Assembly: GCA_045588165.1 (NCBI GenBank)
Contig: JAZNDP010000100.1
Location: forward strand, 1 to 53,127
DNA from: Eubacteriales bacterium
GTDB lineage: Bacteria > Bacillota > Clostridia > Oscillospirales > CAG-272
DNA length: 53,127 bases
Reading direction: 5' to 3'
Part shown: positions 16,983 through 23,323 of the stretch, in pieces
Layout of the letters: each line of letters opens with the position of its first letter
Numbering within the stretch: position 1 is the stretch's first letter
Position numbers and translations under genes: made by a program
Notes under the pieces: model-generated
Database searches by the model: none
What the model saw: the letters and a program-made list of their open reading frames with translations, nothing else
Told to the model about the DNA's origin: nothing

Positions 16983-17288
16983 ATGTCTTATGAGTTATTT
17001 TTTCGCAGGGAGTATATCCCACCTGAAAAAGAGGGAGTGACTCGTTTAAATGGTGACGAGCAGCGTCCGATTGATCAGGATTTTGATCGAGAGTTATCGT
17101 GGATATTAATAAGAGAAGAGCTTTTTGAAAAGCGTTTATGTGATTTGAAAGAAGCTGCTTATAATTTCTTTATTTCCACTGGTACTAAGTCTGTTACTTT
17201 GACTTTTAATCCTTACACCAAAGAAACCTCTATGGAGGATCCCATTGCGGTAACGCGAATTAAACGATTTAGGAGGAAAAGAAAATGA
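16983..17288 (+). CDS. Hypothetical protein
   Basis: Start chosen at MSYELFFRREY (ATG 16983), preceded by GGAGGAGGAGG. 101 aa. Confidence 0.55.
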   Translation: MSYELFFRREYIPPEKEGVTRLNGDEQRPIDQDFDRELSWILIREELFEKRLCDLKEAAYNFFISTGTKSVTLTFNPYTKETSMEDPIAVTRIKRFRRKRK

Positions 17289-17806
17289 ACAAAACAGAAA
17301 AACGCCGTGAATGGTTTCCGGTAGAAATGACTATCAAGGAGGATCTTCCGGGAGATAAGGTACCCGTATTTGTAACGGACGGTGAATACGTTGACGTAGG
17401 CTGTTTTGACTTTGACGACAGTCTTTGGATTACTGCCTTAGGCTTTGTCGATCCGGATCATATTACCCATTGGATGGAGATTCCCAGTCCCGGAGAACTG
17501 GCGTCTTTCTTTGTTCCGATGAACGAGAGAAAGGAAACGCCTAAAGAGCCTGTATCGGTGACTGGAGACAAGCAGAAGATCTCTTATCAGGAGATGTATG
17601 AGTTTGTTGCTCGGTATATGCATCAGGAGGATGTTTCTCATCTGGATTTTGATCGGTTTTATGATTCTGGTGGGTTTGTTCTTAACGTTTCAAGAAACAT
17701 GCCCACTCATGATAATTCTACTTATTATGTTACTCATGGTAACATTAAGATTGATTATCTTTTGGAGGATCAGGATGATTCAGAGATCGAATTTTATCCC
17801 TCCTGA
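17285..17806 (+). CDS. Phage-type protein with DUF551-like N-terminal domain
   Basis: REWFPVEMTIKEDLPGDKVPVFV...ITHWMEIPSPGE resembles the DUF551 pattern (W..v.d.lP......vTHWMPLPePP). ATGA start/stop overlap with the previous gene. Confidence 0.65.
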   Translation: MNKTEKRREWFPVEMTIKEDLPGDKVPVFVTDGEYVDVGCFDFDDSLWITALGFVDPDHITHWMEIPSPGELASFFVPMNERKETPKEPVSVTGDKQKISYQEMYEFVARYMHQEDVSHLDFDRFYDSGGFVLNVSRNMPTHDNSTYYVTHGNIKIDYLLEDQDDSEIEFYPS

Positions 17807-17942
17807 ACAGGAGCCGGATGATCCTGTTTATATTCACAAGCCGGAATCTGTGATCCATGGCTGGGATTATTCGGATCTGATCGAGGAAGCGGAGGACCGC
17901 ATTGAGGAACGCCGAGCGATTTACGGTGATGAAATACTTTAG
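17775..17942 (+). CDS. Hypothetical small acidic protein
   Basis: ATG 17775 is preceded by GGAGGA. 55 aa. It overlaps the 3' end of the previous gene by 32 nt, so this is a weak call. Confidence 0.35.
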   Translation: MIQRSNFIPPEQEPDDPVYIHKPESVIHGWDYSDLIEEAEDRIEERRAIYGDEIL

Positions 17943-17954
17943 GAGGTGATTTAC

Positions 17955-18164
17955 TTGCAGAGTAAAAGAACCGGTTTCACGCCGGAACAGATTCTCAAAG
18001 GTATGGAATGTTGCCGGGACGCTGTTACCGGCGATTGTGATGATTGCCCTTATATCGTTAGAACCGGCGCTCTTGACGTGGAGTCCTGCGTGGATACCAT
18101 GATGGACGACGCGCGGGAGCTGATCATTCGTCTATTACAATCGAAAGGAGAAGCTCATGGGTAA
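17955..18164 (+). CDS. Hypothetical Cys-rich small protein
   Basis: AGGAGG at 17941-46 favours TTG 17955 over the track start at 17946. Contains the CC...C..C cluster MECCRDAVTGDCDDCPY. Confidence 0.5.
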   Translation: MQSKRTGFTPEQILKGMECCRDAVTGDCDDCPYIVRTGALDVESCVDTMMDDARELIIRLLQSKGEAHG

Positions 18165-18438
18165 GGTTGTTATTCAGTTCTGGGAATGTGATATCTGTCG
18201 TTCCCGGTACGAGAAAGAAGATGAGCTGAAGTGGATCGGTATTCCGGTCAAGAAATTCAAGAGGGACGGCAGCGGATACCGGAAGGGATTTGTGCCCGCG
18301 CTCGTCTGTGACAAGTGTCAGAATAAGATGTGGGATCTGTTCCAATCCCGAATTGCCGATATCTCCGAGTTTGAGGGAGAGCTGACAGTTGTGCTGAAGC
18401 CCCATCCGTTGAGTGATACCCCGAAGGAGGTGACTTAA
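18157..18438 (+). CDS. Hypothetical zinc-ribbon protein
   Basis: CDIC ... CDKC pair. SD AAAGGAG upstream. 93 aa. Confidence 0.6.
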   Translation: MGKVVIQFWECDICRSRYEKEDELKWIGIPVKKFKRDGSGYRKGFVPALVCDKCQNKMWDLFQSRIADISEFEGELTVVLKPHPLSDTPKEVT

Positions 18439-18566
18439 TGGCGCCGTATTTGGAGTGGATGGTTAGCTTTTTATTGTGGGCGATCGTAGTCGGATTCGCT
18501 TATGCGGGTCTGCAACGGTTCTTCCGCTGGCTAACCGTAAAGATTGGAGGTGAGGATTCGTTTTGA
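18438..18566 (+). CDS. 42-aa single-pass membrane peptide (below the track size cutoff)
   Basis: MAPYLEWMVSFLLWAIVVGFAYAGLQRFFRWLTVKIGGEDSF. GAAGGAGG lies 7 nt upstream. TAATG overlap with the previous stop. Confidence 0.4.
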   Translation: MAPYLEWMVSFLLWAIVVGFAYAGLQRFFRWLTVKIGGEDSF

Positions 18567-18636
18567 AACAGAATGATCTGTGCTTGAACGGGCACCGCTC
18601 CTCATATACTTAATAAAAAAGCCGTAGGAGGTTTAT

Positions 18637-18858
18637 ATGCGCTCGGAGCCGAAGATCATATTTGATAACCAGCCGGATATCGGTTACATAGAGACGGTTC
18701 TTTTGAATCTTCTTGCCAAGCAGGAAGGCTGGGATTGTGAATTTAAGGTAACTGCAACATTAAAAAAGGAATATCAAGGAGGATGTCTAAATGACGTACA
18801 AGGAGATTCAACAAGAGAAAACCGTTGCATTGGAGAAGGTTCTCCGTGCCGCGTTTGA
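18637..18858 (+). CDS. Hypothetical protein
   Basis: Good SD (TAGGAGG) before ATG 18637. The 3' end overlaps the next ORF by 68 nt. Confidence 0.4.
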   Translation: MRSEPKIIFDNQPDIGYIETVLLNLLAKQEGWDCEFKVTATLKKEYQGGCLNDVQGDSTRENRCIGEGSPCRV

Positions 18859-19102
18859 TACGGAGGTTTCCGAACGGGGAGATCTTCGTGACGTTTATTC
18901 CATTGCTCGTCGGCTTGTAGAGAAGAACGTGAGCGTGGAGAGGTCCGCAACATGGGTCAAGGATGAGTCCTATCAGGGAAAGAGCAAGGTGATCTATCGT
19001 TGCTCTCACTGCGATCACTGGAAGGCTGTGAAGAAGGAAAATCAGAATGAGATTGCCCATCTTCATTATTGCAATTTCTGCGGATCGAGGATGAGTCTAT
19101 GA
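18791..19102 (+). CDS. Hypothetical zinc-ribbon protein
   Basis: SD AAGGAGG. The C-terminus has CSHCDHW...CNFCGS (a CxxC...CxxC pair). Confidence 0.55.
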   Translation: MTYKEIQQEKTVALEKVLRAAFDTEVSERGDLRDVYSIARRLVEKNVSVERSATWVKDESYQGKSKVIYRCSHCDHWKAVKKENQNEIAHLHYCNFCGSRMSL

Positions 19103-19296
19103 GAAGGATCCTGCGGACAAGCATTGCTTTTGTCAAGAAGTTATTTATCTATTTCGTTTGTTGTTCTACTCCTCGTGCGATTGTGGACGCTGTTAATGAT
19201 GCCGCAAACGCTGAGGAATTTGACCGTGCGCTGTATTCAGCTGCCGGCTTTGAGGAAAGGAGGGAGCTTTGTGGACAAGCCCATCGAGTATCGTAA
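19099..19296 (+). CDS. Hypothetical small protein
   Basis: ATGA overlap with the previous stop. 65 aa. Weak call. Confidence 0.3.
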   Translation: MRRILRTSIAFVKKLFIYFVCCSTPRAIVDAVNDAANAEEFDRALYSAAGFEERRELCGQAHRVS

Positions 19297-19642
19297 GGTG
19301 GATTCGGAGACGTTCCGTAAGTTTGTTTCCGGCATGAAGACTTGTTGGCTTCAGAGAGTGGACCGGGATCTTGATGTGAATGACCGAATTGTTCTTCAAG
19401 AGGTTCGCGGAGATCTGATCACTGGAAGGGCTCTTGAAATAGCGATTACCGGTGTGGAGGTCAATGAGTATTGTCCTGAGGGCTTCTGTTTGATTTCATT
19501 TCAGCCTGTGTCCTCCCTGGCGAAGATCGCCGTGGAGGTTTACTTCGGACTTTTCGCCATGTTTGCCGAGAAGCAGCAGGAGCTTGCGGAGCTGGAAAAG
19601 AAATATAACGAATTGTTACGTAACAAGGAGGTGATCTTGTGA
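19271..19642 (+). CDS. ASCH/DUF3850-like domain protein
   Basis: GTG 19271 is preceded by AAGGAGGG. VDKPIEYRKVDSETFRKFVSGMKTCWLQRVDRDLDVNDRIVLQEV....TGRALEIAITGVE resembles the DUF3850/ASCH pattern (HELK....F.....G.K.fE.R.NDR.f.vGD.l.L.E....TGR). The upstream part of track ORF 19124.. is unlikely to be coding. Confidence 0.55.
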   Translation: MDKPIEYRKVDSETFRKFVSGMKTCWLQRVDRDLDVNDRIVLQEVRGDLITGRALEIAITGVEVNEYCPEGFCLISFQPVSSLAKIAVEVYFGLFAMFAEKQQELAELEKKYNELLRNKEVIL

Positions 19643-19716
19643 TTTATTTTCCCGCGAGGTGTCGTGATCCTACTGCCCGAATTTGTTAGTGTTATTTATT
19701 TGGCGTTTGTAAAAAA

Positions 19717-19748
19717 TCGGGCTGAAATCCCGCTCGTTTTCAGCCCGA
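19717..19748. other. 11-bp hairpin flanked by A6 runs in the intergenic region upstream of rep
   Basis: TCGGGCTGAAA (19717-27) / TTTCAGCCCGA (19738-48). A second hairpin, GGGGCGGTATTGTAATACGCCCC, lies at 19784-19806. Confidence 0.7.
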
Positions 19749-19871
19749 AAAAACTACTGCTGGAAGGTCTTTCCGGCATCCCTGGGGCGGTATTGTAATA
19801 CGCCCCATACATAAGCATGATTTTTCGGGCAAAAAGTCAGGAAAATCAAAGCTTGAAAGCATTTTTTCTCG

Positions 19872-19897
19872 TTTGGTCAAATGATGGTTTGACCAAA
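19872..19897. repeat. Perfect 10-bp inverted repeat immediately upstream of the rep SD
   Basis: TTTGGTCAAA (19872-81), 6-nt spacer, TTTGACCAAA (19888-97). The SD GGAAGG begins at 19904. Confidence 0.85.
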
Positions 19898-19918
19898 TGG
19901 ATTGGAAGGTAAAATAAT

Positions 19919-21562
19919 GTGTTGACTGTTCAGGTTCGGAGATGTTCAATTCTCCACGAATTTACTGGGGAACAGCAACAACGATTTTTCGGAATTTCAC
20001 GAGATAAAACGATTCATCACGTGGATACGTTGTATTACGCAGTTAATATAAATGAGCCGGATAATATCGTCGAGCTTCAAGCGAACGACGCTCTGCCGGA
20101 GAACTTGGCAAAGTTTTTGCAAATGCTGCGAGATACAAAAGCGTATACCAGTATGAATTATTCGGACAGTATTGAGTTTGATGATGGAATGGAATACGCG
20201 AGAAAGGCGTTTTCCATATACGAGTTTTGCATCAGCAAAAATGAGTGCTTTGATATTTTCATCAGCTCTTACGTACCGACGGAGGAGACTCCCCGCATCG
20301 TCGTGCAGCTTCGTTCCAGATTTCTCGTGCTGGAGGGTGTGCGGCGAGCGGTGGAGGAATCTCTGATTTATCTTAGAAAGTTCCTTGAGCCTTATGGGCT
20401 GTTTCCCGTAAAAATAAGGGAAAATCGAATTGATTATGCGTATCATACCAATTTGATACAAAATCCGTATAAGTTTTTTTCGGATGATTGTCTTGTCAAT
20501 CATTTGAAAACGAATTTACGGTGCTTTGCAAAGTACGGAAAGATTACGGATCATGGAATTGAGCTTGAGACTCTGACGCTTGGAAATCGTAAATCCAACA
20601 ACGTTTATTTTCGTGGATATAACAAGTGTCAGGAGATCATTCGAATGAATTATAAATCCTTTTTCTTTCAGCGTTGGCGTGATCATGGCTTAATCTCCGA
20701 GTTCGATCAATACGTTTATCAGGTTGCTTACGATATGAAATCGTATAGGGCCGGCGTTCTTGTCGGACGGATCCGATGGTATCTTGAGTATGGTACCAAT
20801 GAGGATCTTAAGGAGTATCTTCGCGATGTTCTTGTGAAGAACCATATTAAGTCTGATAACTGTACTAATCTGGAGAAAGAGCTCAAGAACGTAATTCCGG
20901 AGCCGACCTTGATTTTTAACGTGGAGTTTCAGACCAAACGTAAATTTTACACTACGTGTGGTGATTGGCTTGGGCTTCACGACGTGATCGACGATCCCGT
21001 TTACCCAAGGTATACGATGGAGCCCTATCCAACAGATCCGCGAGTGGTAACTGCCGCCGCTTGTGATCCGTTGCTCCGGGATCTCTTTTTTATCCTTGCA
21101 AACGGTAAGGAGATCATGAATTATTTAACCGGCTTTGGAAATACGGTGAGCTTCGTTGAGAATCGTAATGTTTCTTTCAAGCAATTCAAAAAGGCGGGTG
21201 AGCCGTATATGAATTGGTGGAAGCGGATTCGTTCCACGCCTGTGGAATATTCTTCTCCGGAAATTATGGAGCTGTATCGGAAGTATGATGTACGCGCGTC
21301 GTTTTCAAAAACCCGTAGATTGCTATCGGGGCAGGTCGCAAGGCTTGCCATGATCGCAAATGAATCAACAGAGGAGCGGACTTTTGAGGAGGATCTGGCA
21401 GACGCGCTTTGTTATCTGAATGATAACGATTTTAAGGTCCAGTATATGGACATTCGAAAACGTAAAGCGCGGCAGCTGCGAGGGATTCTTCCCAAAGGTG
21501 AGCCGCAAGAAAAATTAAATTGTGACCGGAGCACGATTTCTCCGGAGAAAGTGAAGGAATAA
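19919..21562 (+). CDS. Rep_trans-family rolling-circle replication initiator (alternatively a MOB_T-type relaxase)
   Basis: 547 aa. ENRIDYAYH matches the RxDxAxD/H segment. LTLGNRKSNNVYFRGYNKCQEII aligns with the RepC/RepD active-site region GxRxSxRFIRIYNKKQERK as I recall it. The candidate catalytic Tyr234 is codon 20618-20620. Confidence 0.7.
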   Translation: MLTVQVRRCSILHEFTGEQQQRFFGISRDKTIHHVDTLYYAVNINEPDNIVELQANDALPENLAKFLQMLRDTKAYTSMNYSDSIEFDDGMEYARKAFSIYEFCISKNECFDIFISSYVPTEETPRIVVQLRSRFLVLEGVRRAVEESLIYLRKFLEPYGLFPVKIRENRIDYAYHTNLIQNPYKFFSDDCLVNHLKTNLRCFAKYGKITDHGIELETLTLGNRKSNNVYFRGYNKCQEIIRMNYKSFFFQRWRDHGLISEFDQYVYQVAYDMKSYRAGVLVGRIRWYLEYGTNEDLKEYLRDVLVKNHIKSDNCTNLEKELKNVIPEPTLIFNVEFQTKRKFYTTCGDWLGLHDVIDDPVYPRYTMEPYPTDPRVVTAAACDPLLRDLFFILANGKEIMNYLTGFGNTVSFVENRNVSFKQFKKAGEPYMNWWKRIRSTPVEYSSPEIMELYRKYDVRASFSKTRRLLSGQVARLAMIANESTEERTFEEDLADALCYLNDNDFKVQYMDIRKRKARQLRGILPKGEPQEKLNCDRSTISPEKVKE

Positions 21563-21564
21563 AT

Positions 21565-21891
21565 ATGAGATACGTATGTGTTGGTGTAGAAAAGAACAAG
21601 GGTGATTTTACTGATGAAGCAGGCCGCAAGGTGGAGTACGATAACGTCGTTCTTCAGTGCGTGTGCTCGGATCCTAATCCCGCGCTGAAGGCGGGTATGT
21701 ATCGTGGTTGTCGTGTCGGTGAGGTCAAAATGAAGAATGATTTTGATAACCTCGTCTATGCCGGTGACAATAAGGTTTACGCTTTCTCGGATCTGGTTGG
21801 CTGCGAGTTGGATATCGCTATCGATGCGGATAAGAAGATCCTTGGCGTAGCCGTTCTTTCGATGGATGGAATCGAAAAGCTTATTTCCTAA
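21565..21891 (+). CDS. Hypothetical 108-aa protein directly downstream of rep (positional analogue of an ssDNA-binding protein; function unproven)
   Basis: ATG lies 2 nt after the rep stop. SD GAAGGAA. No motif recognised. Confidence 0.6.
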   Translation: MRYVCVGVEKNKGDFTDEAGRKVEYDNVVLQCVCSDPNPALKAGMYRGCRVGEVKMKNDFDNLVYAGDNKVYAFSDLVGCELDIAIDADKKILGVAVLSMDGIEKLIS

Positions 21892-22039
21892 GCTCTGTCC
21901 CGGTTGCGGGAAGCTGCTTCTCAAATATCGTCCGGGTGGTAGAGCCGAGCTTTTGCTCTGGTGTCGCCATTGCCGGGCCGAGGTTCCCGTAATAATTCGT
22001 CCGGAGGACGAAAACAAAAATAAAAACGAAAAAAAATAA
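21866..22039 (+). CDS. 57-aa Com-like zinc-ribbon protein (below the track size cutoff)
   Basis: MESKSLFPKLCPGCGKLLLKYRPGGRAELLLWCRHCRAEVPVIIRPEDENKNKNEKK. The CPxCGKLL...C.HC pattern resembles Mu Com-type zinc ribbons. It overlaps the previous ORF by 26 nt and has no clear SD. Confidence 0.4.
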   Translation: MESKSLFPKLCPGCGKLLLKYRPGGRAELLLWCRHCRAEVPVIIRPEDENKNKNEKK

Positions 22040-22045
22040 AATCTT

Positions 22046-22091
22046 GAGCCATTGAGCCGAATAAAGAAATTCGTCTCGGTGGCTCTTTTTC
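22046..22091 (+). terminator. Rho-independent terminator between the replication module and the membrane-protein module
   Basis: GAGCCA..GAG.CGA / TCG.CTC..TGGCTC stem (22046-22085) followed by TTTTT (22086-22090). Only 16 nt separate it from the next start codon. Confidence 0.6.
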
Positions 22092-22107
22092 ATGAAAGGA
22101 AAAAGTT

Positions 22108-22629
22108 ATGTTTAAAAAGTTTGGATGGTTGAAGATCGTCGCGTTGGTTATGGTTGGATTCCTTCTCGGTGGTATTTTTATGAACTTTACCGGTACGGAA
22201 ACTAAAAATCCGTTTAAGAAGGAACTGAATGAAAACAACCTGATCGAAGTAGACTCGACGTATATTAAGACTCAGGATACAAATCGCGGCGTAAAGATCA
22301 AGGTTGCTGACGACGGTACGATTAAGCTTTCCGGTAAGGCAACGTCTGATTTGGTTGTAACCGTTGCTACGGTTTCTCTTGAGCCCGGTTGGTATACTTT
22401 GTCCGGTTTGGAGTCTCCCGATATCAATAAGTTCTATCTTTACGGCGTATACGGTGTTTCCGGTCAGGCTATTTCCGGAACGGATAGCGCCGTGTTTGAG
22501 ATTACCGAACCGACGGATATTGTTATTAAGCTTTCTTGGACGGAAGATGTAAGCTTTAACATCTTTACGGATAACAAGATTCAGCCTGTGCTTGTTGAAG
22601 GAAAGACTGCCGGAGCTTTCTATAAATAA
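22108..22629 (+). CDS. N-terminally membrane-anchored protein, paralog A (of 29157..29654)
   Basis: TM segment WLKIVALVMVGFLLGGIFM, then a beta-rich ectodomain. It shares NLI.VD..Y..TQ.T.RGV...VA.DGTIKL.GKATSD.V..VATV.LEPG.YTLSGL..PD.N..YL...QPVLV.G.TAG.FYK with paralog B. Confidence 0.8.
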   Translation: MFKKFGWLKIVALVMVGFLLGGIFMNFTGTETKNPFKKELNENNLIEVDSTYIKTQDTNRGVKIKVADDGTIKLSGKATSDLVVTVATVSLEPGWYTLSGLESPDINKFYLYGVYGVSGQAISGTDSAVFEITEPTDIVIKLSWTEDVSFNIFTDNKIQPVLVEGKTAGAFYK

Positions 22630-22694
22630 TTTTTTGTGCCATCCTTTAAATAATTGAATTATTTTGGAGGATGGCATAGGATAAGGAGTTTATT

Positions 22695-23312
22695 ATGTTA
22701 AAACTTGTTGTTGGATTGATTTCTCTGATTTTAGTTTTGACTCTCATTGTTGGGTCAGTTTTTGTTATCAGAGAGATTGGCGAGGTAGGAGATAGCTTGT
22801 CCAGTACTTTAAATGATGGTACTGATGGCGGTACTGATGGCGGTACCGACAGCGGTACAAATAGCGGTACCGACAACGGTACAAATAGTGGTACCGACAG
22901 CGGTACTCAAACGCCATCTACTGCTGACTTTTATATTGATACTGTAAATGATACCGGATATAGAACCGTTGCTGGAGTTACTTACTTTTTTAAGGTGATT
23001 CGTCAGGATTATATTGGGAACAGGTGTTGTTATTTTAGTTACTATGATGGTTCTGGTGGAAATATTAAACCTTACGGTTCGTATTCTCTTTCTCTTTTCT
23101 GGAGTACTGATTCTATTGCATGGTCTAATTGCATGTCGGATGTGGATAATCAATGTTGGCAGTTTGTTTCCAGCGATACTAATATTGGATATCTATGTTA
23201 TACAACTGTTTTTGGTTGTACGAATCCGAAGGTTGTTCTTGAAGATTTAAATCAAAATGTATTTTTGAATCCTGATATCTTCAGATATTCTATGGTATTT
23301 GCTGCAGGTTAA
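22695..23312 (+). CDS. N-terminally anchored protein with GT[DN]x tetrapeptide repeat linker and Cys/Trp/Tyr-rich C-terminal domain
   Basis: TM segment LKLVVGLISLILVLTLIVGSVFVI. Repeat GTDGGTDGGTDSGTNSGTDNGTNSGTDSGTQ. SD AAGGAG. Confidence 0.8.
   Translation: MLKLVVGLISLILVLTLIVGSVFVIREIGEVGDSLSSTLNDGTDGGTDGGTDSGTNSGTDNGTNSGTDSGTQTPSTADFYIDTVNDTGYRTVAGVTYFFKVIRQDYIGNRCCYFSYYDGSGGNIKPYGSYSLSLFWSTDSIAWSNCMSDVDNQCWQFVSSDTNIGYLCYTTVFGCTNPKVVLEDLNQNVFLNPDIFRYSMVFAAG
22818..22913 (+). repeat. 8 x 12-bp in-frame tandem repeat (GGTACNGAYRRC-like)
   Basis: ggtactgatggc ggtactgatggc ggtaccgacagc ggtacaaatagc ggtaccgacaac ggtacaaatagt ggtaccgacagc ggtactcaaacg. Confidence 0.9.
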
Positions 23313-23323
23313 GAGGCGTAATT

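Noticed and set aside
22090-22677. Minus-strand ORFs 22090..22677 and 28920..29483 that resemble each other.
   Set aside because: They are antisense shadows of the two plus-strand paralogues. Their similarity is a by-product of that duplication.
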